DNA of 64,000 bases from a virus (lineage: Duplodnaviria; Caudoviricetes): the IMG/VR virus record IMGVR_UViG_3300033074_000984; one strand, 5' to 3'. This document shows, in pieces, positions 9,543 to 19,938 of this stretch. The notes beneath the pieces were generated by a model. It saw nothing but the letters and a program-made list of their open reading frames with translations, was not told the DNA's origin and made no database searches. Position numbers and translations under genes: made by a program. The first letter of the stretch is position 1, and every line of letters starts with the position of its first letter.

Positions 9543-10589
9543 ATGCCGAAGAAGGTAAAGACGCCCGAGTCTGAGATGATCGAGGAAGACGGCACCACGG
9601 CTGCCGCGCAGTCCCTCGCGCCGAACTCGGCGCCGGCGGACGACGCGCGTTCTCGAACCGAACTCATGGCAGCTATCCTCGGAGACCTCGCGAAGATAGA
9701 GGTCTCGGATCTCGCGAAGCTTCACGACCAGGTGCTCGCACAGAACAGCAAGCAGTTCGCGTCGTCTATCCCAGACGGTCGTGCTGAAGAGCTCCGTAGC
9801 ACCATCGACCCAGCGGTTCCTCCGGCCAGCGCCAGCCTCAAGGCTGCGGTCAAGGAAGACGTCGAGAACCTCTTCAGTGGGGAGCAGGACCTCTCTGAGG
9901 AGTTCCGTGAGAAGACCGCAACTCTGTTTGAGGCGGCGGTTGACGCTCGAGTCGCTGTAGAGGTCGCTCGACTCGAAGAGCAGGTCTCAGCCGACTCAGA
10001 CTCTCTCATCGAGCACGTCACGGTCGCGATGATCGACAAGCTCGACAGCTACCTCAACGTTGTGACCGAGGAGTGGCTGAAGGAGAACGAGGTCGCCGTT
10101 GAGAGCTCGCTTCGAAACGAGCTGACGATGGAGTTCATTGAGGGTCTCAAGGGACTGTTCGCTGAACACTACATCGAGATCCCTGAAGACAAGGTCGACG
10201 TCGTCGAGAACCTCTCACAGAAGGTTGACCGTCTCAGTGAGCAGCTCGACAGCGCTATCACTGAGATAAACTCGCTTCGCGAGGAGAAGGTGCAGCGCAC
10301 GCGCGAAGACATCGTATCTGAGTGTGCAGATAGCCTGTCGCTCGCTCAGGCGGAGAAACTCTGGAGTCTCTCAGAGAGCATCGACTTCGAGGATGAAGAC
10401 ACCTTCAAGAAGAAGGTTCTCACTCTTCGAGAGAGCGCCTTCACACAGAAGGCTCGAGCGTCCCAAAAGACTGGAACTCGCCAGCTCACTGAAGCTACAG
10501 AGGACCAGCCCGAGGCTGGTGTCAAGTACACCGACGCCAACGTTCGCCGCTACGCCGAGCAGATCGCGCGCAGCTATCAGCCGGCGTAA
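9543..10589 (+). CDS. 22: Prohead scaffold protein gp22
   Basis: LSEEFREKTATLFEAAV, EEWLKENEVA, LFAEHYIEIPEDKVDVV. Confidence 0.93.
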   Translation: MPKKVKTPESEMIEEDGTTAAAQSLAPNSAPADDARSRTELMAAILGDLAKIEVSDLAKLHDQVLAQNSKQFASSIPDGRAEELRSTIDPAVPPASASLKAAVKEDVENLFSGEQDLSEEFREKTATLFEAAVDARVAVEVARLEEQVSADSDSLIEHVTVAMIDKLDSYLNVVTEEWLKENEVAVESSLRNELTMEFIEGLKGLFAEHYIEIPEDKVDVVENLSQKVDRLSEQLDSAITEINSLREEKVQRTREDIVSECADSLSLAQAEKLWSLSESIDFEDEDTFKKKVLTLRESAFTQKARASQKTGTRQLTEATEDQPEAGVKYTDANVRRYAEQIARSYQPA

Positions 10590-10649
10590 GTTCGGCAGCT
10601 TTATAAATAACTCATCAGCGCCCAGAAGAAGGGAAAGAGGAGCCAAAAA

Positions 10650-12032
10650 ATGCAGGTAGTCAAGGAAAGCGTCCTCAACAAGTGGAGGCCGATCCTCGAG
10701 CACCCCGATCTGGGTGGTGACATCCGTGACCCGTATCGCAAGCGCGTGGTCGCTCAGATTCTCGAGAACACAGAGCACGTTGCTATCACCGAGAACCAGA
10801 TCGACGCTCGCAACCTGATCTCGGAGACGAGCTCTACGGTTCCCGCGAACTTCATGGGCGCGTCGTCCTCTACGGCAGGCGCTGGCGGCATCGACATCTT
10901 CGACCCCGTCATGATCAGTCTGCTTCGGCGAAGCATGCCAAACCTCATGGCGTTCGACGTCGGCGGCGTTCAGCCAATGAAGGGCCCGGTCAGCCTCATC
11001 TTCGCGATGCGATCTCGCTACGCGAACCAGGCCGGTAACGAGACGTTCTACAACGAGGTCAACACTGCGTGGTCAACCGTCGTAGGTGGCGCCAACACCA
11101 TCGGTGACAAGCACACCGGTACGGTCCCGTTTGACCCCACCGGCGCTAACACGCTCCCTTACGCTAACCTGGCGTCACAGGGCATCTACAACTACGCCGA
11201 CGCGATGAGCACGGCGCAGGCTGAGGCGCTCGGCTCAGACTCCAACACCGCGTTCGCTGAGATGGCGTTCAGCATCGAGAAGGTCTCGGCGACTGCCGGC
11301 TCTCGAGCGCTCGCCGCGGGCTACACCATGGAGATGGCCCAGGACCTCAAGACCATTCACGGCCTTGACGCTGAGAGCGAGCTCTCTGACATCCTGACCT
11401 CTGAGATCCTTGCTGAGATCAACCGCGAGTTCGTCCGCACGATCAACGTCTGCGCTAAGCAGGGCGCTCAGACGAACACGACGACGGCTGGCGTCTTCGA
11501 CCTCGACACCGACTCCAACGGCCGCTGGCTCGTTGAGAAGTTCAAGGGCATGATGTTCCTGCTCGAGCGCGAGGCTAACCAGATCGCGAAGGACACCCGT
11601 CGAGGCAAGGGTAACATCGTCATCTGCTCGTCCGACGTGGCGTCGGCCCTCCAGATGGCTGGCATCCTGGACTACACCCCCGCCCTCAACGGCAACAACC
11701 TCCAGGTCGACGACACCGGCAACACGTTCGCTGGCGTACTCAATGGCAGGATCAAGGTCTATATCGACCCGTACTCGGCCGGTGGTCAGTACTTCACCAT
11801 GGGATACCGAGGCGCGTCTCCGTTTGACGCCGGCATCTTCTACTGCCCGTACGTTCCGCTCCAGATGGTGCGCGCTACGGACCAGGGGACCTTCCACCCC
11901 CGTATCGGCTTCAAGACCCGATACGCGGTCGTCCCGAACCCCTTCGCTCAGGGACTCACGCGAGGTTACGCGAACCTAGTGAAGGACTCGAACGTCTACT
12001 ACCGCCGCGTGGCGGTCATGAACCTGATGTGA
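10650..12032 (+). CDS. 23: Major capsid protein gp23
   Basis: GVQPMKGP..LIFAMRSRY, EMAFSIEK, TRRGKGN, FYCPYVPLQM, GFKTRY. Confidence 0.98.
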   Translation: MQVVKESVLNKWRPILEHPDLGGDIRDPYRKRVVAQILENTEHVAITENQIDARNLISETSSTVPANFMGASSSTAGAGGIDIFDPVMISLLRRSMPNLMAFDVGGVQPMKGPVSLIFAMRSRYANQAGNETFYNEVNTAWSTVVGGANTIGDKHTGTVPFDPTGANTLPYANLASQGIYNYADAMSTAQAEALGSDSNTAFAEMAFSIEKVSATAGSRALAAGYTMEMAQDLKTIHGLDAESELSDILTSEILAEINREFVRTINVCAKQGAQTNTTTAGVFDLDTDSNGRWLVEKFKGMMFLLEREANQIAKDTRRGKGNIVICSSDVASALQMAGILDYTPALNGNNLQVDDTGNTFAGVLNGRIKVYIDPYSAGGQYFTMGYRGASPFDAGIFYCPYVPLQMVRATDQGTFHPRIGFKTRYAVVPNPFAQGLTRGYANLVKDSNVYYRRVAVMNLM

Positions 12033-12108
12033 GATTACATTTTTGTAATCTTCCTAAATTTAGGATTGCTAAGCATAAATACCTCCGAGGAAACTTGGAG
12101 GTATTTTT

Positions 12109-12861
12109 ATGTCTGAAACTTACGGATTCGTTTATGTTTGGAGAGACGCAAAAAAGAATCGCTACTATGTCGGTAGTCATTGGGGAAGAGAAGATGACGG
12201 GTATATATGCAGCTCTCCGTGGATGAAACGCGCACACGCCAATAGACCTAGAGATTTTAAGAGACGTATAGTCAAGCGAGTTTATTCTAATAGACTCGAT
12301 CTTTATGAAGAAGAGAATAGATGGCTCTCGATGATAAAACCGGAAGAGATGAACACTCGAATAAAATCGCGTGACGGCCCTCGAAAATCGATAAAATACT
12401 ATAATCTTCAAAAGATAGCAAAACCACAAAAGTCTACCGATCGTCAAAAGCCGCAGATGACGCCTGAGCAGCTAGCAGAGCGCGGTAGAAAGATATCAGA
12501 GGCTAAACAGAAAAGGGCTGCGGAGAGAGAAGCAGCTACCGGCTCAAGAATTTCAGAGCGATTCGCTGCAGCTAGAGCAGCTTCTAGAGGACCGAACGGA
12601 CGAAAACACACACCTGAATGGAAGGCTGAGAACGGTGTTCGACTAAGAGCACGAAACGCCGGCGCACACATAGTGACGTGCCCAGTTTGTGGAGTCTCTG
12701 GGAAGTCGTTCGCTATGAAGCGCTGGCACTTCGACAACTGTAGAGGCCCTAAGAAGCGAAGCACGACGCATGCAGAGCGTTGGGCAGATCCAACGTGGAG
12801 CACGATGATGCGGCAGCGTCTACGAGAAGGGTCCGCAAGAAGACAGCTCCATACGAACTAA
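12109..12861 (+). CDS. Seg-like GIY-YIG homing endonuclease
   Basis: YGFVYVW..RYYVGSHWG..DDGYICSS; C-terminal CPVCG..RWHFDNC module. Confidence 0.85.
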   Translation: MSETYGFVYVWRDAKKNRYYVGSHWGREDDGYICSSPWMKRAHANRPRDFKRRIVKRVYSNRLDLYEEENRWLSMIKPEEMNTRIKSRDGPRKSIKYYNLQKIAKPQKSTDRQKPQMTPEQLAERGRKISEAKQKRAAEREAATGSRISERFAAARAASRGPNGRKHTPEWKAENGVRLRARNAGAHIVTCPVCGVSGKSFAMKRWHFDNCRGPKKRSTTHAERWADPTWSTMMRQRLREGSARRQLHTN

Positions 12862-12891
12862 AAAGGGGCCCTCACGGGCCCCTTTTCTTTT
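12860..12891. terminator. Bidirectional intrinsic terminator
   Basis: AAAAAGGGGCCC-tcac-GGGCCCCTTTT between convergent genes. Confidence 0.8.
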
Positions 12892-13207
12892 ATGCATCTT
12901 CCAGCTCGCAATCACTCGTCTCAGTGAGCTCTACTTTAAAGATGGCTGAGACGTCGACCTCCTTGATGGGTCGAAATCGACTGAGCCAGAAGCACTTGCA
13001 ACGACGAACGCCATGAACGCTCTGAACACCGGCGTCTTCTGGCTCGAAGTCAGCCAGCAAGACTGGTACGTCGTCCAAACGGGTGTTAAGGTGCTTGGCG
13101 TGGCAAGTTCCCTTTACGAAGTACTCCTTCCAAAGGACGAGTCCTGACGGAGCGCCGTCTTCCGACAAGCTGTCGTCAACGCATATGACTCGCATCTCTC
13201 TCCTCAA
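12890..13207 (-). CDS. Hypothetical protein
   Basis: Last ORF of a tightly overlapping minus-strand cassette. Confidence 0.55.
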   Translation of the reverse strand: MRREMRVICVDDSLSEDGAPSGLVLWKEYFVKGTCHAKHLNTRLDDVPVLLADFEPEDAGVQSVHGVRRCKCFWLSRFRPIKEVDVSAIFKVELTETSDCELEDA

Positions 13208-13620
13208 GATGACTAAAGCCCGCTACGTGATCGTCGTCAATGTCTGGCGACAAGAAGTGCAGGCCGCGGGCGCATGGAACGTAGAAGAAGCCCTCGTTGG
13301 ACTTCACTACGACCTTGGCGCCGAGCTCCAGGCAGTCGTGACCGTCTTCTGCAACGATCACGTCACCAGCGCTGAGCTTAGAGTACGTCAGCATCGTTAC
13401 GCCGCCGAACGAAACACAGACGCGTTGAGATAGAGCTCCGGCTCTTTGACAACGACCGGCGGGCCGCCCTCGCGCCGAAGAGCTCGAGCGCGCTTCTTGA
13501 CACCCGACCACTCAGTCAGACGAAGCCGGCTTGTGCCAGGACGGCGATGATAGCGAGACGGACGGTGCGGAGCGGCGTTGACAGGAATGTCGAGCCACCA
13601 AGCGATAGAGGGCTTCATAG

Positions 13621-13857
13621 TCAAGGCTTCAGTCTCCCGTTGTTATGCTCGCGAACCAGCTCCACGAGCGCCTTCGAGGTCTGCGCGTAAGCGAACGCCG
13701 CCATGAGTCGAGCAACGTGCTCGCGTTGATCGGGCGTAAGCTTCCACTCGTTTGGCCAGAACGTGGACAGCATGCCCTCCGCCTGGTCCTGAATAGTCTT
13801 ACTCTTCGTCATCGAACCTCTGTATCTTCCAAGAAGTCTGCACCTCTCCGTCGTCAC
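13621..13857 (-). CDS. Hypothetical protein
   Basis: Minus-strand cassette; start uncertain. Confidence 0.45.
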   Translation of the reverse strand: MTTERCRLLGRYRGSMTKSKTIQDQAEGMLSTFWPNEWKLTPDQREHVARLMAAFAYAQTSKALVELVREHNNGRLKP

Positions 13858-14118
13858 CGGTCACCGCAACGATCATAGCCACCGGACACGGAAACAGGTT
13901 AACACCGAACTCTTCGATCCAGTCAAACGCGTCCTGGGCGGTGTCAAACACGCCGCCGACAGGCATCCCCAGGCACTCTGGCTTGGTAGCGCCTAACGGA
14001 CTGAAAAAGAGCATCGCGATCGGAGTGTGCTTCTTAGAGCGCATCTTTCTAATAGAGAAGCTGACCCAGTGAGGCAGCAGCACCGACCAGTTAGAGAACT
14101 CTAGAGGCGTAGAAGTCT

Positions 14119-14556
14119 CTAGAGCTTCGCCGACATCGTCTCGTTCCATCGTCTCCTCGCTATGAGTTCGACGCTCAACTTGAGGAGCGTTTTTGGACCA
14201 GGCCACTCGTCTGCCAGCAAGCCGTGAGACGTCTGAAAGTCAGCGATGCACGCACGAGTGCGAGGTCCCCAGTCACCGTCAACTACGAGGTCGTAGCCGA
14301 GCTTCTTCAGAGCCAGCTGTACCCGCTTCTTCGACCAGTCGACCTCTTTAACGCTAGAGGTCTTCTGCAAAGACGCACGAAGGTCTCCAAACAGTCGAGC
14401 GATCACAGGAGCGGCGGTCACCAACAGCCTCTTCGCCTCGTTCTGTAGAGGCTCGGACGCCTTGACGACGTCTTGAATGTCCTCTGTGTTCTGCATGAGA
14501 ACCTCTACAAGTGGAGAGTACTTGTAGAAGAGCTTTATGAGACTGTCGACTATCAT
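14119..14556 (-). CDS. Peptidoglycan-binding domain protein
   Basis: VQLALKKLGYDLVVDGDWGPRTRACIADFQTSHGL..PGPKT. Confidence 0.8.
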   Translation of the reverse strand: MIVDSLIKLFYKYSPLVEVLMQNTEDIQDVVKASEPLQNEAKRLLVTAAPVIARLFGDLRASLQKTSSVKEVDWSKKRVQLALKKLGYDLVVDGDWGPRTRACIADFQTSHGLLADEWPGPKTLLKLSVELIARRRWNETMSAKL

Positions 14557-15350
14557 ATCGCTATAGGCGCCTGGATCGCTGGCAACGGGTCATAACCCTC
14601 TAGTTTAACGTCTTCAAGACGAAAGTCGTCTATAGACCTCTGTCCTCTGTCAAGTATCGAGAGCTTCGGAAGCTCTCTCGGCTCTCTTGAGAGCTGGCGC
14701 TCTACCTGATCCAAGTGATTTAGGTAGATGTGAGCGTCTCCGAAGCTAATTATCAGCCTCTCAGGCTTCAGGCCAACGAGACGCGCCACGAGAGCGGTCA
14801 ACAGCGCATAAGACGCCACGTTAAACGGCACCCCGAGAAACATATCAGCGCTGCGCTGGTACATCTTACACGAGAGCCAGTCTCCCGAGACGTAGAACTG
14901 GTAAAGGAGATGACACGGCGGGAGAGCCATCTCGTCCAGCTCTGCTGGGTTCCAAGCGGACACTATCAGCCTCCTGTCATATGGAGACGTCTTGATCCGC
15001 TCAATGACTTCGGAGAGCTGGTCAACAGAGCGCCCGTCGTAGCCGCGAAACTCTCTCCATTGCGCGCCGTACACCCGTCCGAGATCACCGTTCCCGTCTG
15101 CCCACTCGTCCCAGATAGACACGCCGTTCTCTTTGAGGTATCCAACATTCGTGTTGCCGGATATGAACCAGAGAAGCTCTGCAACGACTCCTTTGAAGAA
15201 GACGCGCTTCGTAGTGAGCAGTGGAAACCGCTCTGATATGTCGATCTCTAGCTGGGGACCGAAGAGCGATATCGCGCCGGTTCCTGTTCTGTCTGATCGA
15301 CAGCTCCCCTCGTCGCGCACGCGTCTTAAAAGGTCTAAGTACTCTTTCAT
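14553..15350 (-). CDS. thyA: Thymidylate synthase
   Basis: DRTGTG, ELLWFISG, MALPPCH, YQRSADMFLGVPFN, GDAHIY.NH. Confidence 0.97.
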   Translation of the reverse strand: MKEYLDLLRRVRDEGSCRSDRTGTGAISLFGPQLEIDISERFPLLTTKRVFFKGVVAELLWFISGNTNVGYLKENGVSIWDEWADGNGDLGRVYGAQWREFRGYDGRSVDQLSEVIERIKTSPYDRRLIVSAWNPAELDEMALPPCHLLYQFYVSGDWLSCKMYQRSADMFLGVPFNVASYALLTALVARLVGLKPERLIISFGDAHIYLNHLDQVERQLSREPRELPKLSILDRGQRSIDDFRLEDVKLEGYDPLPAIQAPIAI

Positions 15351-15412
15351 GAGACGCATGATACCATCTTTCACGACCTGGGTCAACTCATAAATACCAC
15401 AAAGAGGAGCTC

Positions 15413-15937
15413 ATGACCGCACTAGACAGAACGCCGCAAGACGTAAACTTTCTCCAACCCGTAGACTTCAGCTTCTTTGTAAAGAAGCTGCCGACGACGA
15501 ACTTCTTCGTGAAGGGCATCACGATTCCTGGAGTCTCGATCCAAGAGGTCTCTATGCCTACGCCTCTCACCCGAGTGTACGACTCTGGTGAGCACGTCTC
15601 GTACGAGCCGTTGGAGGTGCGCTTTCTCGTTGACGAGAACCTCCGTAACTGGACAGAGGTATACGCCTGGTTGAAGGGCCTCGGGTTTCCTGACGAGTTC
15701 GGAGAGTACGCAGAGCTGGCGAGCGTACCAAGAAGCATGCTCGGTGAGGGGCTCAAGAGCGAGCTCGTGGTCGGTCTTCTTGACAGCTCTCGCGTGCTCA
15801 ACTTCTCGTTCGTCTATCACGACGCGTTCCCCATAGCGCTCAGCGGCATGGAGTTTCGAACAGACGACGACGCGACGAGGTACGCAGAGGCCACAGCCAG
15901 GTTCATGTACACCACGTTCGACGCTTCGAGAGTATAG
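15413..15937 (+). CDS. 3: Tail completion / tube terminator gp3
   Basis: NFLQPVDF.F..LP..NFF, YEPLEVRFLVDENLRNW.E...W, DAFPIALS. Confidence 0.88.
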   Translation: MTALDRTPQDVNFLQPVDFSFFVKKLPTTNFFVKGITIPGVSIQEVSMPTPLTRVYDSGEHVSYEPLEVRFLVDENLRNWTEVYAWLKGLGFPDEFGEYAELASVPRSMLGEGLKSELVVGLLDSSRVLNFSFVYHDAFPIALSGMEFRTDDDATRYAEATARFMYTTFDASRV

Positions 15938-15998
15938 TCTCGTTGACAACGGCGCCGCAATAGTGTATCGTTGTTCGTAAAGACCGAAACGAGCGCCA

Positions 15999-16433
15999 AT
16001 GAAGATAGAAGAGATACATGAGTCCTGGGCAGAGGACAGCAAGATCGACATGTCGGAGCTCGGACGAGAGAGCGCTGACATACCTCAGCTTCACGCCCGA
16101 TGGCTGCGCCGTCACTCAGACGAGAAGCTGCTGCTCTCGATGTTAAAACAGCAACAGTCACGACTCAAGCTGAAAAAGCACGAGTGGCTCCTTACCGGCG
16201 AGACCAAGGAGTCTCGCGAGCTCGGATGGAGGTACCCGGCGCGGGGAGCGCCGTTACGCGCAGACCTCGACCTGTACCTCTCCGCAGACAAAGAGATGCA
16301 GGACATCGAGGCTAGGGTGACGCTTCAAACAGAGAAGGTTAGGGTGCTCGAGGAGATCGTTCGCCAGATCAACTGGCGACACGCAGCTATCAAGAACGCA
16401 GTCGAAGACGAGAAGTGGAAGCAGGGCGGGTGA
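15999..16433 (+). CDS. uvsY: Recombination mediator UvsY
   Basis: W.EDSKID..EL..ES..IPQLHARW, I..RH.AIKNAVE..KW..G. Confidence 0.88.
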   Translation: MKIEEIHESWAEDSKIDMSELGRESADIPQLHARWLRRHSDEKLLLSMLKQQQSRLKLKKHEWLLTGETKESRELGWRYPARGAPLRADLDLYLSADKEMQDIEARVTLQTEKVRVLEEIVRQINWRHAAIKNAVEDEKWKQGG

Positions 16434-16465
16434 AATACATACATAGCTCTTAAAGGAGAGGAGCT

Positions 16466-17050
16466 ATGGATAAGAAGTACGGCTTCGTCTACGTCTGGAG
16501 AGACCGAAAACACAAGAGGTACTACGTAGGGTCCCACTGGGGACGGGAGGATGACGGCTACGTCTGCTCTTCTAGCTGGATGACACAAGCATACAAGCGT
16601 CGACCTGATGATTTTAAGCGAAGAGTCATTGCTAGGATTTCATCAACGAGGGCTGACCTGCTTAAAGAGGAAGAGCGCTGGCTCTCTATGATCAAGCCTG
16701 AAGAGATCAAGCGCCGATATTATAATCTTAAGCTTGGCGGCACTGGTCATTGGACAGCCTTTCCAGGTTCGAAAATGGTGTGTGAAAAAATAAGCGCCTC
16801 TGTTAGTAAACAGATGACTAGAGCTAAACGGCGCCAGATCAGTGAAGCCACTCGTAAAGGAATGAATCAAGAAGCCGTTAAAGAGAAAATAAAATTTTAC
16901 AACTGCGATCCAGAAAGACGAAAAGCGCAGAGTTTGAAACGCCGCAAGTTTTTAGAGTCGAATGTCGAAAGAAAACGAATATCTGATGGAATGAAAGCGG
17001 TCTGGATCAAAAGGAAAGCAAGTGGCTGGGTGAGTTGGAAGACACAATGA
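16466..17050 (+). CDS. Seg-like GIY-YIG homing endonuclease
   Basis: N-terminal ~85 aa closely match the 12109 ORF. Confidence 0.85.
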   Translation: MDKKYGFVYVWRDRKHKRYYVGSHWGREDDGYVCSSSWMTQAYKRRPDDFKRRVIARISSTRADLLKEEERWLSMIKPEEIKRRYYNLKLGGTGHWTAFPGSKMVCEKISASVSKQMTRAKRRQISEATRKGMNQEAVKEKIKFYNCDPERRKAQSLKRRKFLESNVERKRISDGMKAVWIKRKASGWVSWKTQ

Positions 17051-18603
17051 CAGGGACATTGAAACCATTAAACGGCGTACTGGCTCTAAAGCGTTATAAC
17101 GAGACGTACTCGTTCGTCTCGTGCGAGGACTCCGCCGCCGAGGAGCTGCATGACTGGCTCACGTTTCAGCCGCCGGGCTATCAGCACTCTTACGCGTTCA
17201 AGAAGCGTCGCTGGGACGGCACGGTGCACCTCTTCAACAAGAGGACTCGACTCGTCTACGCGGGCCTCGCCTACAAGGTGCGCGAGTTCTGTGAACTTCG
17301 CGGCTACGAGTACGTCGAGCCAGAGCCAGAGGTTGCTGGCTGGAACGTCGGCGCGATCATAAAAGACCTGGGACTGAAACTTGAGCCGCGCGACTATCAG
17401 TTCGACGCGATCGCGCACCTGATCAACGCAGATCGAGGTGTCGTTCTCCTCCCGACATCTTCGGGTAAGACGCTCGTCGAGTGGGCCATGGCGCGCTGGC
17501 ATCAGAAGAACAAGCGCAGGACCCTCGTCATCGAGCCGAAACTGAACTTGATCGCACAGACCCAGAAGGCGTTCGAGAGGTACGGAAGCTCGAGCCAGGA
17601 CATCCACGTCATCTCGGCTGGCGCTGACAAGAGCACTCGCAAGCCGATCGTCATCTCAACGTGGCAGTCGATATACGAGCTTCCTCCAGAGTGGCTGTCG
17701 CAGTTCGACGTCATAGAGGGAGACGAGGCCCACAGGTTCACCGCAAAGAGCCTCACAGGCATCATGGAGAAGGCGCCTGGCTGTAAGTATCGTTACGGCT
17801 TCACCGGCTCGCTCGACGACACCCAGGTGCACAAGCTGGTTCTCGAGGGCCTGTTCGGGCCGGTATACGTCCCGGTGACGTCTGACGGCGCCGCTGCTAC
17901 GACCAGCGAGCTCATGGAGCGGGGCTACATGTCTCCGCTCGAGATCGTCGTGGTTGTTCTTAGGTACTCGGACGTCGATCGACAAGAGCTCTTGTCGAGA
18001 AAGGCGCGGGTGTCACGCAACACAGCAGCGGCGACTGCAGGCGCAAAGAAGTACGCTGAGGAGATCGACTTCCTTAACGCTCATGAGAGGCGCAACGCGT
18101 TCTTGGCCAGGCTCGCTGAGTCTAGCGCTGCGCAGGGCAACGCTCTTCTGTTGTTCTCTCGAGTGGAGAAGCACGGCGTGCCACTGTTCGACAAGATCGC
18201 CGGTCTAGGCACGCAGACGTACTTCGTCGCTGGGACGGTAGATGCAGACGTCAGAGAAGAGATTCGAGAGATAGTGTCGCTCGAAAAGAACGCTCTCATA
18301 GTAGCGTCTGTCGGAACGTTTCAAGAGGGCGTAGACATACCTAGTATAGAGAGACTGATCTTTTCTGCGCCGTCGAAGGCCAAGATCCAGACACTTCAAG
18401 CCATAGGGCGCGGCTTGAGGCTCAACGAGGGAAAGTCCCGATGCGTGTTGTACGACGTCGCAGACGACCTCTCATGGAACGGCGATGAGAACTATGCGCT
18501 CAAGCACATGGAGAAAAGAGTAAGGCTCTATGCCAGAGAAAAGTTCGACTATCGCGTCGTCACCGTTGAGCTCCCAGCCAGTAATGGTTGTGGTGACGAC
18601 TAG
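17047..18603 (+). CDS. uvsW: UvsW helicase
   Basis: PRDYQ, PTSSGKT, DEAH, GFTGS, TFQEGVDI, LQAIGRGLR. Confidence 0.95.
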   Translation: MTGTLKPLNGVLALKRYNETYSFVSCEDSAAEELHDWLTFQPPGYQHSYAFKKRRWDGTVHLFNKRTRLVYAGLAYKVREFCELRGYEYVEPEPEVAGWNVGAIIKDLGLKLEPRDYQFDAIAHLINADRGVVLLPTSSGKTLVEWAMARWHQKNKRRTLVIEPKLNLIAQTQKAFERYGSSSQDIHVISAGADKSTRKPIVISTWQSIYELPPEWLSQFDVIEGDEAHRFTAKSLTGIMEKAPGCKYRYGFTGSLDDTQVHKLVLEGLFGPVYVPVTSDGAAATTSELMERGYMSPLEIVVVVLRYSDVDRQELLSRKARVSRNTAAATAGAKKYAEEIDFLNAHERRNAFLARLAESSAAQGNALLLFSRVEKHGVPLFDKIAGLGTQTYFVAGTVDADVREEIREIVSLEKNALIVASVGTFQEGVDIPSIERLIFSAPSKAKIQTLQAIGRGLRLNEGKSRCVLYDVADDLSWNGDENYALKHMEKRVRLYAREKFDYRVVTVELPASNGCGDD

Positions 18604-18997
18604 CGGTAAAGAGCTTGTAAGCAGGGTCAGCGCGACACCCGACGGAACTCGACTGAGACTGACAGACCCGCTGGTTCTACAGCGGGTCGAGAACGGAAAC
18701 GCGAACTCGTCAACTGTACTGACCCCGCTTAACCAGTTCGGCACGTCTCGTGAGATCGACATTGACGGAAGACAGGTCTTCTTTGCTGACTTGGCAGAAG
18801 AGAGTCTGAGGAGCTACTACGAGGTCTCACTCAAGTACCTTCGACGAATATGGCTGCCGTCACTCCGTAACGCAACCAACGTTGCGAGCACGACTCTTGA
18901 GCGAGTGTTGCGAGAGTCGTCTCCAGAGCCTGTCTATCAGCAAAAGATGGACGTTGAAGATCGCTTCTTGTCGCCTAGCTCGAACACGATACACTAA
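18530..18997 (+). CDS. Conserved hypothetical protein between uvsW and gp55
   Basis: Syntenic position typical of T4-like phages; start uncertain. Confidence 0.6.
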   Translation: MPEKSSTIASSPLSSQPVMVVVTTSGKELVSRVSATPDGTRLRLTDPLVLQRVENGNANSSTVLTPLNQFGTSREIDIDGRQVFFADLAEESLRSYYEVSLKYLRRIWLPSLRNATNVASTTLERVLRESSPEPVYQQKMDVEDRFLSPSSNTIH

Positions 18998-19225
18998 GAG
19001 CTTAGACGGGAAACGCGAAGCGTTTCCGCCCGAAGGGCAACACATGCACCGTTTTGATCGCTCCTTCGTCGCGATCGCTTCGCGTCACTTGCTCTTTAAG
19101 CGACTCACGCTTTCAGCAACCGGTGCAACTGGTGCTTTAGTGTTGAGCAAGTCTGGAGCTAGAGTATCATGGCCGAGAATGGTTGTCAACCCCTCTTTTA
19201 CTTCACAGGTGCCTAGCAAGGTAAT

Positions 19226-19723
19226 ATGCACTACGTAAACAACAAGCAGCTCTATTCAGTCCTTATTGACTATCGTCACGACATAGAGGAGAACGAAGAC
19301 GCTCGCGTTCCCTCTTATGTCGGTGAGGCCGTGATGCTCATCTGTGAGCGTCTCTCGCGTCGACCCAACTTTGTCAGGTTCACGTACAGAGACGAGATGG
19401 TGGGTGACGCTATAGAGAACTGCATGGCCGCGGTTCGCAACTTTGATCCCCAGAAGACGTCTAACCCCTTCGGCTACTTCACCCAGATAGCTTGGAACGC
19501 GTTTCTGAGACGCATCCAGAAAGAGAGGAAGCAGTCTTACATTCGAGCTAAGAGCTACGAGCACTTCGCCACAGACGCTGAGATGCGCGTAGATGAGAGC
19601 GACCGAGTCGTTATAGAGCGATCGCATCACGACGGCGCTAACCGACTCATCTCGAGCTTCGAGAAAAAGATTCCTCGTAAGCGAGGATCGAAGCGAACAA
19701 GCGTTGCACGACAGATCGGATAG
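19226..19723 (+). CDS. 55: Late sigma factor gp55
   Basis: HYVNNK, RPNFVRFTYRDEMVGDAIENC, NPFGYFTQIAWNAFLRRIQKE. Confidence 0.95.
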   Translation: MHYVNNKQLYSVLIDYRHDIEENEDARVPSYVGEAVMLICERLSRRPNFVRFTYRDEMVGDAIENCMAAVRNFDPQKTSNPFGYFTQIAWNAFLRRIQKERKQSYIRAKSYEHFATDAEMRVDESDRVVIERSHHDGANRLISSFEKKIPRKRGSKRTSVARQIG

Positions 19724-19938
19724 TGATATATTGTTCTCTTCGGAGGAACATGCAGCTCGCATTCTCTGTAAAGAACACAGATGTCAGGTGTCTTTCTGGA
19801 GAGCTGGTGCCGGTCAACAAAGGAAGACCAAACTCACGAAAGGACCTTCCAGTGAAGCAGGTTAAGTGTCCGAGATGTGGACGCGTCGGTGGAGCTGGAG
19901 CCATGCGACGTTGGCGCTTCGAGAACTGCACTAAATGA
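19723..19938 (+). pseudogene. Probable homing-endonuclease remnant (C-terminal Zn module only)
   Basis: CPRCGRVGGAGAMRRWRFENC resembles CPVCGVSGKSFAMKRWHFDNC of the 12109 endonuclease. Confidence 0.55.
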
